A stretch of 63,398 nucleotides of DNA, counting the filler, from Octopus bimaculoides (Eukaryota): NCBI RefSeq assembly GCF_001194135.2. It is 7 parts of 7 records of this genome, joined end to end, with 100 filler letters (N's around TTAATTAATTAA, not from the genome) between each part and the next. Parts side by side here need not be neighbours in the genome. Positions count along the whole stretch, not along the records: positions 47,147 to 57,581 come from NC_068988.1; positions 57,682 to 61,374 come from NC_068997.1; positions 61,475 to 63,398 come from NW_026333140.1; 4 more parts are not named here. One strand, written 5' to 3'. The translations under genes were made by a program, and so were the position numbers. Position 1 is the stretch's first letter; each line of letters begins with the position of its first letter. Under the pieces are notes generated by a model. It was not told where the DNA came from and made no database searches. It was given only the letters and a program-made list of their open reading frames with translations. Of the stretch, positions 52,984 to 63,398 are shown piece by piece.

Positions 52984-53847
52984 TACGAAGTGGTATTAAA
53001 AAGTTCCTGGACAAGTTCTGTAGCGCGCCAACAGATGGTAGCCCACGGTTGTGTGCACAGTGAGAGCTATCAGTGACCTTCATGAGGGAGTGTGCCGAGT
53101 GACACCGCTGTGTTTACTTCGCAAGTTGTGAAATTTGTGTTATTGTTATCACTTGTATACTGTAGTCTGCGATTTTTGTCATAGAAAGGAAATTGGAACA
53201 AACAACCAAAGTTAAATTTTGCATTAAACTTGGGAAGTCTGCTACAGAGACATTGAGCATGCTTCGACAAACTTGCGGCGACGCGGCAATGGGTCATACG
53301 CAAGATTTCGAGAAGCACGGCGGTTCAAAAGCGGAAGAACGTCTTTGGAAGACGATGAACGATCTGGAAGACCTGCCACGAGCGTCATCTCCGGAAATGT
53401 GGAGAAAATTCATCAGCGTGTGCTTTAGGATCGTCGGAGAACAATCAACGACATTACTGATGTTGTTGGACTGCCGTATGGGTCCGGTCCATGCAGGCAA
53501 TCGTCTGGATTCTTCATGACGACAATGCACCCTATCACAGAACTCTCTCGTCAAAAATAACATGGTATCGCTCCCACAACTGCCCTATTCGCCAGATTTA
53601 GCACCTGCGAACTTTCATCTCTTCTCCAAGCTGAAAATTCAGCTCAAGTGACGTCGTTTTAACCCCGTTGTCAATATCAAAAGCGAATCACAGAAGGTCT
53701 CTGACTCACTTACGGAAAACGACTGGGACCGGTGTATTGCTGCGCAACATGACTATTTCGAAGGAGATGATGTTAAAACTAAAGTAAATAAGTTATTTTT
53801 TTAATAAAAAAACAGCTTGTCGGGGAACTCTTTGATACCACCTCGTA
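52984..53847 (+). mobile_element. Mariner (Tc1/mariner, DD34D-type) transposon with about 30-bp TIRs, TA target duplication and internally deleted transposase
   Basis: TA-cgaagtggtattaaaaagttcctggacaag ... cttgtcggggaactctttgataccacctcg-TA. HTH region VKFCIKLGKSATETLSMLRQ; C-terminal PYSPDLAPANFHLFSKLK and WDRCIAAQHDYFEGD; central catalytic region missing. Confidence 0.93.
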
Positions 53848-54384
53848 ATTATTTCCGGTATAGATTCTCCATAAATTACGTAACATTAGTGTCTTTTGTT
53901 CTAGACTTAATAACTACTAGATTTTTGTGACAGTTAATTTTTAGTGCCGAAATAGAAGCACAGAAAACTCGTCTCCTTTACGTATTGCCTTTGAAATATT
54001 TATAAAATCAAAGTCAATCGCACTCCTTTCAGTTACAAGTGTGAATATTGTTCACTAGAATTTTGTCAATCTTTCAATATCAGCAAAAAGATTAGTAGGT
54101 TGTTTAGCGAGTGCAGTGACTTCAGTAGAATTCAGTAGCGAGAAATAGATCAAGCACCATGAAAATAGCGAACGTCTTTCGGCATCAAGTCAAACTATCA
54201 CAAGGTTTCTGCCGTGTTTTCTTCGGATAGAAATAAACTTTATTTATTAGAAGTTGTTTAATACTTCCACACACTTCCTCCTTTTCACCTGTCTGCTTGT
54301 CAGTCGCTAAAATGTTGGCCTTGCAATCGTCTTGGAGGAATTGGTTAAGACAATTTATATAAAACTTTATACAAAACATTATAC

Positions 54385-54550
54385 ATAGGCACAGGTTTGA
54401 CTGTGTGGTAAGGAGTTTGCTTACATGCCATATTGACTCCGGGTTCAGTCCCGCTGCGTAACACCTAGGGCAAGTGTCTTCTGCTATAGCTTCGGGCCAA
54501 CCAAAGCCTTAAGAATGGATTTCGTAGTCGGAAACTGAAAGAAGCCCGTC
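54385..54550 (+). mobile_element. SINE family A head (inverted partner at 55555-55715 across a gap)
   Basis: ggcacagg...gactgtgtggtaaggagtttgc...ccgggttcagtccc...gggcaagtgtcttctgctatagc...aaactgaaagaagcccgtcg. Confidence 0.85.
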
Positions 54551-54592
<42 letters not shown>

Positions 54593-55516
54593 NNNNNNNN
54601 NNNNNNNNNNNNNNNNNNNNNNNNNNNNNNNNNNNNNNNNNNNNNNNNNNNNNNNNNNNNNNNNNNNNNNNNNNNNNNNNNNNNNNNNNNNNNNNNNNNN
54701 NNNNNNNNNNNNNNNNNNNNNNNNNNNNNNNNNNNNNNNNNNNNNNNNNNNNNNNNNNNNNNNNNNNNNNNNNNNNNNNNNNNNNNNNNNNNNNNNNNNN
54801 NNNNNNNNNNNNNNNNNNNNNNNNNNNNNNNNNNNNNNNNNNNNNNNNNNNNNNNNNNNNNNNNNNNNNNNNNNNNNNNNNNNNNNNNNNNNNNNNNNNN
54901 NNNNNNNNNNNNNNNNNNNNNNNNNNNNNNNNNNNNNNNNNNNNNNNNNNNNNNNNNNNNNNNNNNNNNNNNNNNNNNNNNNNNNNNNNNNNNNNNNNNN
55001 NNNNNNNNNNNNNNNNNNNNNNNNNNNNNNNNNNNNNNNNNNNNNNNNNNNNNNNNNNNNNNNNNNNNNNNNNNNNNNNNNNNNNNNNNNNNNNNNNNNN
55101 NNNNNNNNNNNNNNNNNNNNNNNNNNNNNNNNNNNNNNNNNNNNNNNNNNNNNNNNNNNNNNNNNNNNNNNNNNNNNNNNNNNNNNNNNNNNNNNNNNNN
55201 NNNNNNNNNNNNNNNNNNNNNNNNNNNNNNNNNNNNNNNNNNNNNNNNNNNNNNNNNNNNNNNNNNNNNNNNNNNNNNNNNNNNNNNNNNNNNNNNNNNN
55301 NNNNNNNNNNNNNNNNNNNNNNNNNNNNNNNNNNNNNNNNNNNNNNNNNNNNNNNNNNNNNNNNNNNNNNNNNNNNNNNNNNNNNNNNNNNNNNNNNNNN
55401 NNNNNNNNNNNNNNNNNNNNNNNNNNNNNNNNNNNNNNNNNNNNNNNNNNNNNNNNNNNNNNNNNNNNNNNNNNNNNNNNNNNNNNNNNNNNNNNNNNNN
55501 NNNNNNNNNNNNNNNN

Positions 55517-55549
<33 letters not shown>

Positions 55550-55554
55550 CATAT

Positions 55555-55715
55555 ATACGACGGGCTTCTTTCAGATTCCGTCTACCAAATCCACTCACAA
55601 GGCTTTGGCCGGCCCGAGGCTATAGTAGAAGACACTTGCCCAAGGTGCCACGCAGTGGAACTGAACCCAGAACCATGTGGTTGGTAAGCAAGCTACTTAC
55701 CACACAGCCACAGCC
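55555..55715 (-). mobile_element. SINE family A head
   Basis: Reverse complement of the head consensus, well preserved. Confidence 0.9.
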
Positions 55716-55829
55716 ATGATACATTCCAAGTAAAATCCTTTCATTCCAGATCTTAGAATAAAATGACTTATATTCATAAGATATTGTTTTTCTTTAATCT
55801 TTAGTAATACAGCTTAGCGAATTAGAAGC

Positions 55830-56130
55830 AAACATGTTAATGCTGGCTTGCCGAAGTTCTTCACCCAGTCCTAGCTCGTTTCAAAGTTATTTAGTTCCTC
55901 CACGGGAATCTCCACCTAGACTCTCTGTGCAATTCCGTAACTTTTTCCGCAAGACATAACTGGTATGCGGTGAACTTACTGGTTACCTTACACCTTATGG
56001 TAGTATTTAAATGTTCGATTCCGTGACGCGGGCTCTGATACTTTCAAGTTTTCTCCTCCTACTTTACTTACGATGAGTTACTTCGGTTCTATGTCCACAG
56101 ACGGGTATCTCCTCGGTGTTTCTTCAGATT
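55830..56130 (-). mobile_element. Possible remnant of a restriction-like-endonuclease LINE C-terminus
   Basis: VDIEP..LIVSKVEEKT*KYQ followed by IPVMSCG loosely resembles D(I/V)A.P.D....K..EK..KY...(I/V)P(I/V)V.G.LG. Confidence 0.3.
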
Positions 56131-56187
56131 TATATATAAGTTGGTATGCTTGTTTATTCAACTATATATGTATGTATGTATGGTATA

Positions 56188-56570
56188 GGCGCAATGGCCC
56201 AGTGGTTGGGACAGCGGTCTCGCGGTCATAGGATCGCGGTTTCGATTCCCAGACCGGACGTTGTGAGTGTTTATTGGGCGAAAACACCTAAAGCTCCACG
56301 AGGCTCCGGCAGGGGATGGTGGCGAACCCTGCTGTACTCTTTCACCATAACTTTCTCTCACTCTTACTTCCTGTTTCTGTTGTGCCTGTAATTCAAAGGG
56401 CCCGCCTTGGCACACTCTGTGTCACGCTGAATCTCCCCGAGAACTACTTTAAGGGTACACGTGTCTGTGGAGTGCTCAGCCACTTGCACGTTAATTTCAC
56501 GAGCAGGCTGTTCTTTTGATCGGATCAACTGGAACCCTCATCGTCATAACCGACGGAGTGCCAACAACAT
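56188..56570 (+). mobile_element. tRNA-derived SINE family C, full length
   Basis: Close copy of 21302-21662. Confidence 0.9.
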
Positions 56571-56582
56571 ATGTATGTATGG

Positions 56583-56800
56583 TGGTGGAGGAGGGCTTAG
56601 TGATTAAGGTGTTGCACTCACGATCGTAAGATTGTGGTTTCGATTCCTAGACGGATTCCACGTAGCTCGAGTCAACTCAGCTGGCAAAAATCGGTAATCT
56701 TGCGACAATACTGTGTCTCATCCAGAAGGGAATATATATCCTACAGAATCCAGGAAATTAGTCTGATGAACCTATGGTCCGGAAAGGACCTTTGATCCCT
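56583..56800 (+). mobile_element. tRNA-derived SINE family D, decayed
   Basis: A-box-like cttagtgattaagg and B box gtttcgattcc; head shared with 42170-42310. Confidence 0.7.
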
Positions 56801-57681
56801 TTTATGTATATGTTAGCCATATGTATGTATGTATGTATGTATGTTTGTATGTGTGTATGTGCCTATGTCTGTCAGTCTGTATGTATGTACGAACGTATGT
56901 CTGCATCTGTGTGTATATATATGTATGTGTGTATGTATGTACGTATGTATGCATACATGTTTGTAAGTATGTACATGCATACATATGCATGTGTGTACGT
57001 ACGTATATGTGTGCATGTTTATGCATGCATATACATACATACATAGATACATACATACATATATGCATATACCGCATACGTCTATTGCAAAACAATATTC
57101 TATAATATTCTGTTATGTTACATACAACACGAGTTAATGAAGATGAATCTTTCTAGTTACCCAACCTGCTAGAATAAACGACTAGACTATATCTCCCTCA
57201 AACGACACAGAAGTATTTTGCAAAGAACGAAGAGATACGTTGGATAATATAATCCTAGAAAGGCAATGCTTGCGAGAAACACGGATAATCATTTCTGGAA
57301 TGCTTTTGATCAGGACTGACCTAGGGTTAAACAAAATCAATTATACAATAGGTTATACCATAAGTGCATAACACTATACAGTTATATAGTCATAGAACAA
57401 TAGTATATACTATTGTACTATGTCATACAGTATTATAGTACATTACTCTACACCACTGTACTATGGTATATAGTATTATGCAGAACAACTACACACAACC
57501 GTACTATGTTATACAACAGTACTATACACAATACAACTATATAATACGGTACTAATACATATATATATATATATATATATANNNNNNNNNNNNNNNNNNN
57601 NNNNNNNNNNNNNNNNNNNNNNNNNTTAATTAATTAANNNNNNNNNNNNNNNNNNNNNNNNNNNNNNNNNNNNNNNNNNNN

Positions 57682-57713
<32 letters not shown>

Positions 57714-58141
57714 GTATGTATTGCTTCCATGAAGGTGTTATGTGTATCGCTTTCTCGTTGATCTACTCATTGCAATCAGCAAAATGGCTTTAGTGAGGAA
57801 TCTGTGTCACGGAGTACTTCTAAAGGTAAATAAAAACAGCCTCCTCCCATCCCCTCGCCACACACACACACATACACACACACATGCGCACACACGGACA
57901 GGCACACACACAAGCAGACACAAACAAGCGGACAGATGTACAAACCCATAGAGACACAGAGGCATACATACACATATACGTAAGAGATGTTCACATTCTT
58001 ATTTATATATACAATCCTAGACATTTTTGCCAAGACCTTTTACACACACATCAACGTACACACATCCAAATGTAGAACAGACAAAACACATATAAGCTTG
58101 TGTTTACATGTGTATGTGGGTGTGTGCGTATGTGTCTTCCC

Positions 58142-58172
<31 letters not shown>

Positions 58173-58304
58173 CTTGTGTGTTTCTACAGTTTGTGTATGT
58201 GTGCAAATGCGTGCGTGGACTGACGCCCATATATGCAATCCTTAGCGTATGCTCGTATGTATATACGCTATATTATGTAAGTGTATATTTCTTAAACTTA
58301 TATA

Positions 58305-58442
58305 TAGACGCAGGAGTGGTTCACATGGTTCCGGTTTCAGTTCCACTGCGTGGCATCTTGGGCAAGTGTCTTCTACTATATCCACGGGCGAATCAAAGCC
58401 CTGTGAGTGGATTTGGTAGACGGAAACTAAAAGAAGCCGTCG

Positions 58443-58445
<3 letters not shown>
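58305..58445 (+). mobile_element. SINE family A head (another copy at 59226-59337)
   Basis: gacgcaggagtgg...catggttccggtttcagttccactgcgtggcatcttgggcaagtgtcttctactata...gtgagtggatttggtagacggaaact. Confidence 0.85.
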
Positions 58446-58482
<37 letters not shown>

Positions 58483-60785
58483 TGAGGAGGGTATTGGATT
58501 TAACTAAACTCAAGAGAATACAGGTAATACCGAGTAAGTGCTGAATACCGACTAGTTTGCCCCAGTCGTTGTATGAACAGGATTGGGGATTATAAGTCGT
58601 ATATTAGCGTGTGTATATGTAAATATATAAAAATAAAAAGATAAAAAGAGCAATGGTAAGGCTGGAGAAGTATTTTATGGATAGAGTCTTNNNNNNNNNN
58701 NNNNNNNNNNNNNNNNNNNNNNNNNNNNNNNNNNNNNNNNNNNNNNNNNNNNNNNNNNNNNNNNNNNNNNNNNNNNNNNNNNNNNNNNNNNNNNNNNNNN
58801 NNNNNNNNNNNNNNNNNNNNNNNNNNNNNNNNNNNNNNNNNNNNNNNNNNNNNNNNNNNNNNNNNNNNNNNNNNNNNNNNNNNNNNNNNNNNNNNNNNNN
58901 NNNNNNNNNNNNNNNNNNNNNNNNNNNNNNNNNNNNNNNNNNNNNNNNNNNNNNNNNNNNNNNNNNNNNNNNNNNNNNNNNNNNNNNNNNNNNNNNNNNN
59001 NNNNNNNNNNNNNNNNNNNNNNNNNNNNNNNNNNNNNNNNNNNNNNNNNNNNNNNNNNNNNNNNNNNNNNNNNNNNNNNNNNNNNNNNNNNNNNNNNNNN
59101 NNNNNNNNNNNNNNNNNNNNNNNNNNNNNNNNNNNNNNNNNNNNNNNNNNNNNNNNNNNNNNNNNNNNNNNNNNNNNNNNNNNNNNNNNNNNNNNNNNNN
59201 NNNNNNNNNNNNNNNNNNNNNNNNNTAGTGTGGTAAGTAGCTTGCTTACCAGCCACATGGTTCCGGGTTTAGTCGCACTGCATGGCACCTTGGGAAAGTG
59301 TCTTCTACTATAGCCTCAGGCCGACCAAAGCCTTGTACCAAAATTTACTTCGATATCCACTCTCGATAGGTTTTGATGCAAGGATATACTTATGAATAAA
59401 ATAAAGTAAAGGGTTCTATGTTGTGTAGAGCAGTATGTTATGCACACATATACATGCGTGGATATATATATATATATATATATACTCACACATATAATAT
59501 ATGTATACATACGTACATACATGCATACATATTTATGATTATATCTTTCTCTTTTTGTTTGTCCCTGCCACATACGCACAGATCGCTTGGCCACCGGTGT
59601 TGGTCTTTTATTAAGTCTTCCCGTCTGTTAGGCGTTCGGATTTAGAGATCCTTGTATATATACCAGACTTTTAAGTATTCACGTTTTGAGGTTAATCTAT
59701 TTGACATAGAGTGTAATCCTCCAGCATGGCCGCAGATAAATGGCTGAACAAGCGAACGATATAAAGGGAAAATGTATGTGCCCGCAAGTTAAAATTTATT
59801 CCGTTCACTTTCAGGATTATGATGGAATGACAGATAACGTACTCCGAGTTCAAATCACACCGGACTCGACTTTGGCTTTCATCTTTTCGGGGACGATAAA
59901 AGAGTACCAACTCAAGATGGTGGATTGGTGAAATTGTAAAAATATCGGACCAGATATCTTCCGGATGACCCATCGGCTCTTTGCGTTCTGAGTTCAAATC
60001 CTACTTTGGCCTACATAGGCGGTGAGCTTTGCCGTCAATCGTTTTAACGCCACCGCCTGTAGTAAGCATTCAGACCAGGTTTCTATTTTACGGATATTTT
60101 CTTCCCTCCCCCTATTCATATCCGTCTCGGAGACGGGTCAATGGTTACGGGAACAGTCTTCCCTCCTTATCAAAATGAAAACGTGCTTCTACCTTCTCTA
60201 ACACTGCCTATGTGATCTTGGGTGATCCTCTTTTTCTCTTGATGTCCAAATATACTGAGAAATTGCAGTAGTGTTCTCTTAGTGTTGAACAAGCTTTCGA
60301 GCTGCTGCAGGCGAATCATGAAAAATTGTTTTGTAAATTCTATGTAGCATGATTAATTTATTGGTGGATACATTATCTCTGTACGCAGTGTTTTTCTTTA
60401 GGTATTTATCCCGTACAGAACAATTTTATATAATAATTTATATTTCACCAATTGTACAGCGGCTCACTTCTGCATTTGGTTTTGCTACTTGCATATTTAT
60501 GGTACTTTACGACATTAGACACGCATGGCGTACAACTGGTAACTCATCTTATTGTAATTTTTGATGAACATCATTTCTGATTTATGACTGTCGGGTAAAT
60601 ATCCTCCGATTAGAGAAAGGAAATATTTGCATTGCTGGTTTCTAAATTTTGTAAGGCGGGTTACACCAAACAACAATTCTCACCTAGTTTTCTTCTTAGG
60701 GGGGAACCTAGATAGTGTTGGGAAGAACTTTATTCTTTCTTTGTCTATCTCTCCACCTCTCTCTCCCTCCTCTCTCTCTATATAT

Positions 60786-60856
<71 letters not shown>

Positions 60857-60928
60857 NNNNNNNNNNNNNNNNNNNNNNNNNNNNNNNNNNNNNNNNNNNN
60901 NNNNNNNNNNNNNNNNNNNNNNNNNNNN

Positions 60929-60978
<50 letters not shown>

Positions 60979-61482
60979 AGAGATATATAGATACATGTAT
61001 GTATATCTATAGATATATGTGTGTGTATAGGTAGTTATAGAGTGAGGTGGGGGCTAGAGTACATATAGAGACATGGTTATATAGATAAAGTTAAAAAGTA
61101 GCTGAATTGTGGGGAAATAGAGTAGAACGAAATAGCTGTAAAAGTTCCCTAAAACAGACATTTATGCGAAATATGAGAGAAGAGAAAAAACAAATTTAAT
61201 TTAGCATTAATATTCGTACTTCCCTTTCTGCTTTGCTTAAAACTTTTCCATGCATATTCGATAACATTACACACACACACATACACACACATATTACATA
61301 TATAACTATGTGTGTGTGTATATATATATATATGTATGTATGTATGTATATATATATACATATATATATATATANNNNNNNNNNNNNNNNNNNNNNNNNN
61401 NNNNNNNNNNNNNNNNNNTTAATTAATTAANNNNNNNNNNNNNNNNNNNNNNNNNNNNNNNNNNNNNNNNNNNNATATATAT

Positions 61483-61519
<37 letters not shown>

Positions 61520-61744
61520 GAGAGATACACACACACATATGTATATGTATGCGTGTGTGTGTGTGTTTGTGTATTTGTGTGTGTGTATATTTGTGTGTCT
61601 GTGTTCGTGTGTGCCGCGCCGCGTACCACTCTGAATTATTTTCATTCCGAACAACAAGCTTTTGCGTTCAATTCTATCGACGTCACTTTTGACAAGAATT
61701 TCCTGCTATTAGTCAGGACGACAGATACGTGGATAGATTTGTAT

Positions 61745-62215
61745 ATACGAATATACAAAGCTTGCTTTCCAGCGACATGGTTCCAGGTTCAGTCCCACTG
61801 CGCGTCACCTCCTCAGTGGATTTGGTAGACGGAAACTGGAAGAAGCCAACTGGACGCCACTGCATAGTGCCAAGGACTCCAAATTTGCCATCAAGATGTA
61901 GGACAAGATACTGCAATAGCCTGGGCTTCAGAGGTCCACAACTCTTCAATATCCTCCCAAAGGACCTGAGAGACCTGCATGGGGTGGATGTAGGTGTCTT
62001 CAAGACAAGGCTGGACCTCTTCCTGTCAGGTGTCCCAGATGAACCAACTTCACGGCAGGAGGCACAGATGAGAGCAGCTGCATCAAACTCTCTCATGCAC
62101 CAAATGTCAATTCCTGAAGTAAAATTCGTGAAGTAAAATTATGTTACAACACCAAATGGCGGTGCCCCAGCATGGCCACAGCTCATGAGCTGAAACTAGA
62201 TAAAATGAAAATGAA
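61745..62215 (+). mobile_element. SINE-A head fused directly to a CR1-group LINE 3' end
   Basis: 61745-61848 is a head ending ggaaactggaagaagcc; 61849-62130 encodes GRHCIVPRTPNLPSRCRTRYCNSLGFRGPQLFNILPKDLR...FKTRLDLFLSGVPDEP; tail at 62155-62215. Confidence 0.85.
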
Positions 62216-62254
62216 AAAAAAAAAATGAAAATATGTATATATTTACGTGTTTGT

Positions 62255-62470
62255 CTATGTGTCTGTATTTGTCCACCAACCAAGGTTTGACAACCGATGT
62301 TGGTGTGTTTACATCCTGGTAAAAATTTTTTCGGCAAAAGAGACCGATAGAATAAGTACTAGGCTTACAAAGAATTTGCCCTGGGGTCGATTCCTTCTAC
62401 TAAAACCCCCTTTAAGGTGGTGCTCCAGCATGGCCGTAGTCAAAAACTGAAAGAAGTGAAGGAGTAAAGA
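62255..62470 (+). mobile_element. SINE family A 3' tail
   Basis: Colinear with 10445-10660. Confidence 0.85.
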
Positions 62471-62516
62471 AATTAATGAATATACATACATATATATGTG
62501 TGTGTGCATATATAAT

Positions 62517-62549
<33 letters not shown>

Positions 62550-62773
62550 ATTGCATAGATATGTATATATTCATATATATATATAAATCTATACATAAAC
62601 ACACAAAATCACACGTACAAACACACACACACGCATATTTCACTGTACAACATTCGTTTTTTACATGGCTGACATCTGAAAATGTCAACCGCAATTATTT
62701 TAAAAATAAAAAATATTAGCTTGAACGAATAATCTTGGTAATTTCTGTACGTGTTTTTACCCTTCTCTCTTAC

Positions 62774-63002
62774 ACAGAAAACACGATACTGTTGCAAAGA
62801 GCTGCCTCCTGACGCCAACACTTCTCCAACAGTCCAGTCAGCAGCTTAGAAACTGCAGGCCAGCCCAGCAAGCCAACTTGCTTAGAGAGGGAACAAGTCG
62901 TCGTGCCTGGCTATTTGTCTTGTATAAGGTTGTTCTTCGTCGCTCGGGTTCACTTCGACTGGTCACATCGGATCTTCACACCGACTGTCTTCATTGCCAA
63001 CT
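62774..63002 (-). other. Candidate non-coding first exon (229 nt)
   Basis: Runs from the Inr to a gtaaga donor at 62773-62768; the ATGs noticed open only short uORFs (MKTVGVKIRCDQSK*, M*). Confidence 0.4.
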
Positions 63003-63004
63003 GA
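62971..63004 (-). promoter_or_regulatory. Candidate Inr + DPE core promoter, predicted TSS at 63002, leftward
   Basis: Minus strand TCAGTT at 63004-62999; G at +24 and AGATC (RGWYV) at exactly +28 to +32; CpG-rich, GC-elevated unique sequence with a GA-rich tract immediately upstream. Confidence 0.5.
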
Positions 63005-63313
63005 CACCGCGCGTTCTCTCTCCAGCTCACATATTCCACCTCATAGCAAAACCCACAAAAATCTGTGCAGCGTGCCTCAAATCAGTCAGGTGATCAATAG
63101 CGATATTTCTCCATCGTACACAACCTATTCGCCTAAGCTTTTCATGCTGTCAGGCAAACATACAAGTCACAAACGGTACGTAAAACCAAATCAGAAAATC
63201 TCTAGTGAGACTTTTTATTCATGTACCCGAAGAGACCCAGAACGGGTCGAAAAATGTGTTGTAGCCAATAAAATCTATTACTCTTCCCAACTATTTTATT
63301 AATACTATATATA

Positions 63314-63398
63314 GGCGCAGGAGTGGCTGTGTGGTCAGTAGCTTGCTGACCAACCACATGGTTCCAGGTTCAGTCTCACTGCGTGGCACCTTGGGCAA
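63314..63398 (+). mobile_element. SINE family A head, well preserved, cut by the window end
   Basis: ggcgcaggagtggctgtgtggtcagtagcttgctgaccaaccacatggttccaggttcagtctcactgcgtggcaccttgggcaa; A and B boxes plus the start of the CORE-like ccttgggcaa. Confidence 0.9.

Noticed and set aside
56760-56800. CTGATGA-acc-tat-ggt-ccg-GAAA
   Set aside because: Lies in the SINE-D tail, has extra unpaired bases and has no stems I or III.
62778-63175. Plus-strand exon reading of the GC-rich island (acceptors at 62777 or 62928; Ser-rich frame SSSLGFTSTGHIGSSHRLSSLPTD...)
   Set aside because: Not excluded, but there is no recognisable protein and the donors are weak; the exact Inr/DPE spacing on the opposite strand was judged the better explanation.

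Overview
AT-rich, gap-ridden eukaryotic genomic DNA dominated by microsatellites and retroposons. The SINE repertoire and repeat density suggest an octopus or other cephalopod scaffold (inference; no search was run). No complete protein-coding gene is visible, and almost all entries in the ORF track are artefacts of microsatellites or N-runs. Supportable content: (1) decayed non-LTR retrotransposons of three groups: RTE, CR1-like, and R4/Dong-like with a restriction-like endonuclease; (2) at least four tRNA-derived SINE families, one sharing its 3' tail with a CR1-like LINE; (3) a mariner transposon nested in an R4-like RT, and a mariner-derived MITE; (4) a 247-bp near-perfect palindrome; (5) four minimal type-I hammerhead-ribozyme motifs with palindromic stem III, two in a related short non-coding repeat (Penelope/retrozyme-like); (6) R4-like 3' ends that repeatedly abut (ATAC)n/(TATG)n arrays, suggesting microsatellite targeting; (7) an exactly spaced Inr+DPE core promoter and candidate non-coding first exon on the minus strand near the right end, which could make the window the intron-rich 5' part of a large leftward gene. 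Repeat boundaries are approximate (about 10-30 bp) and all translations were done by eye.
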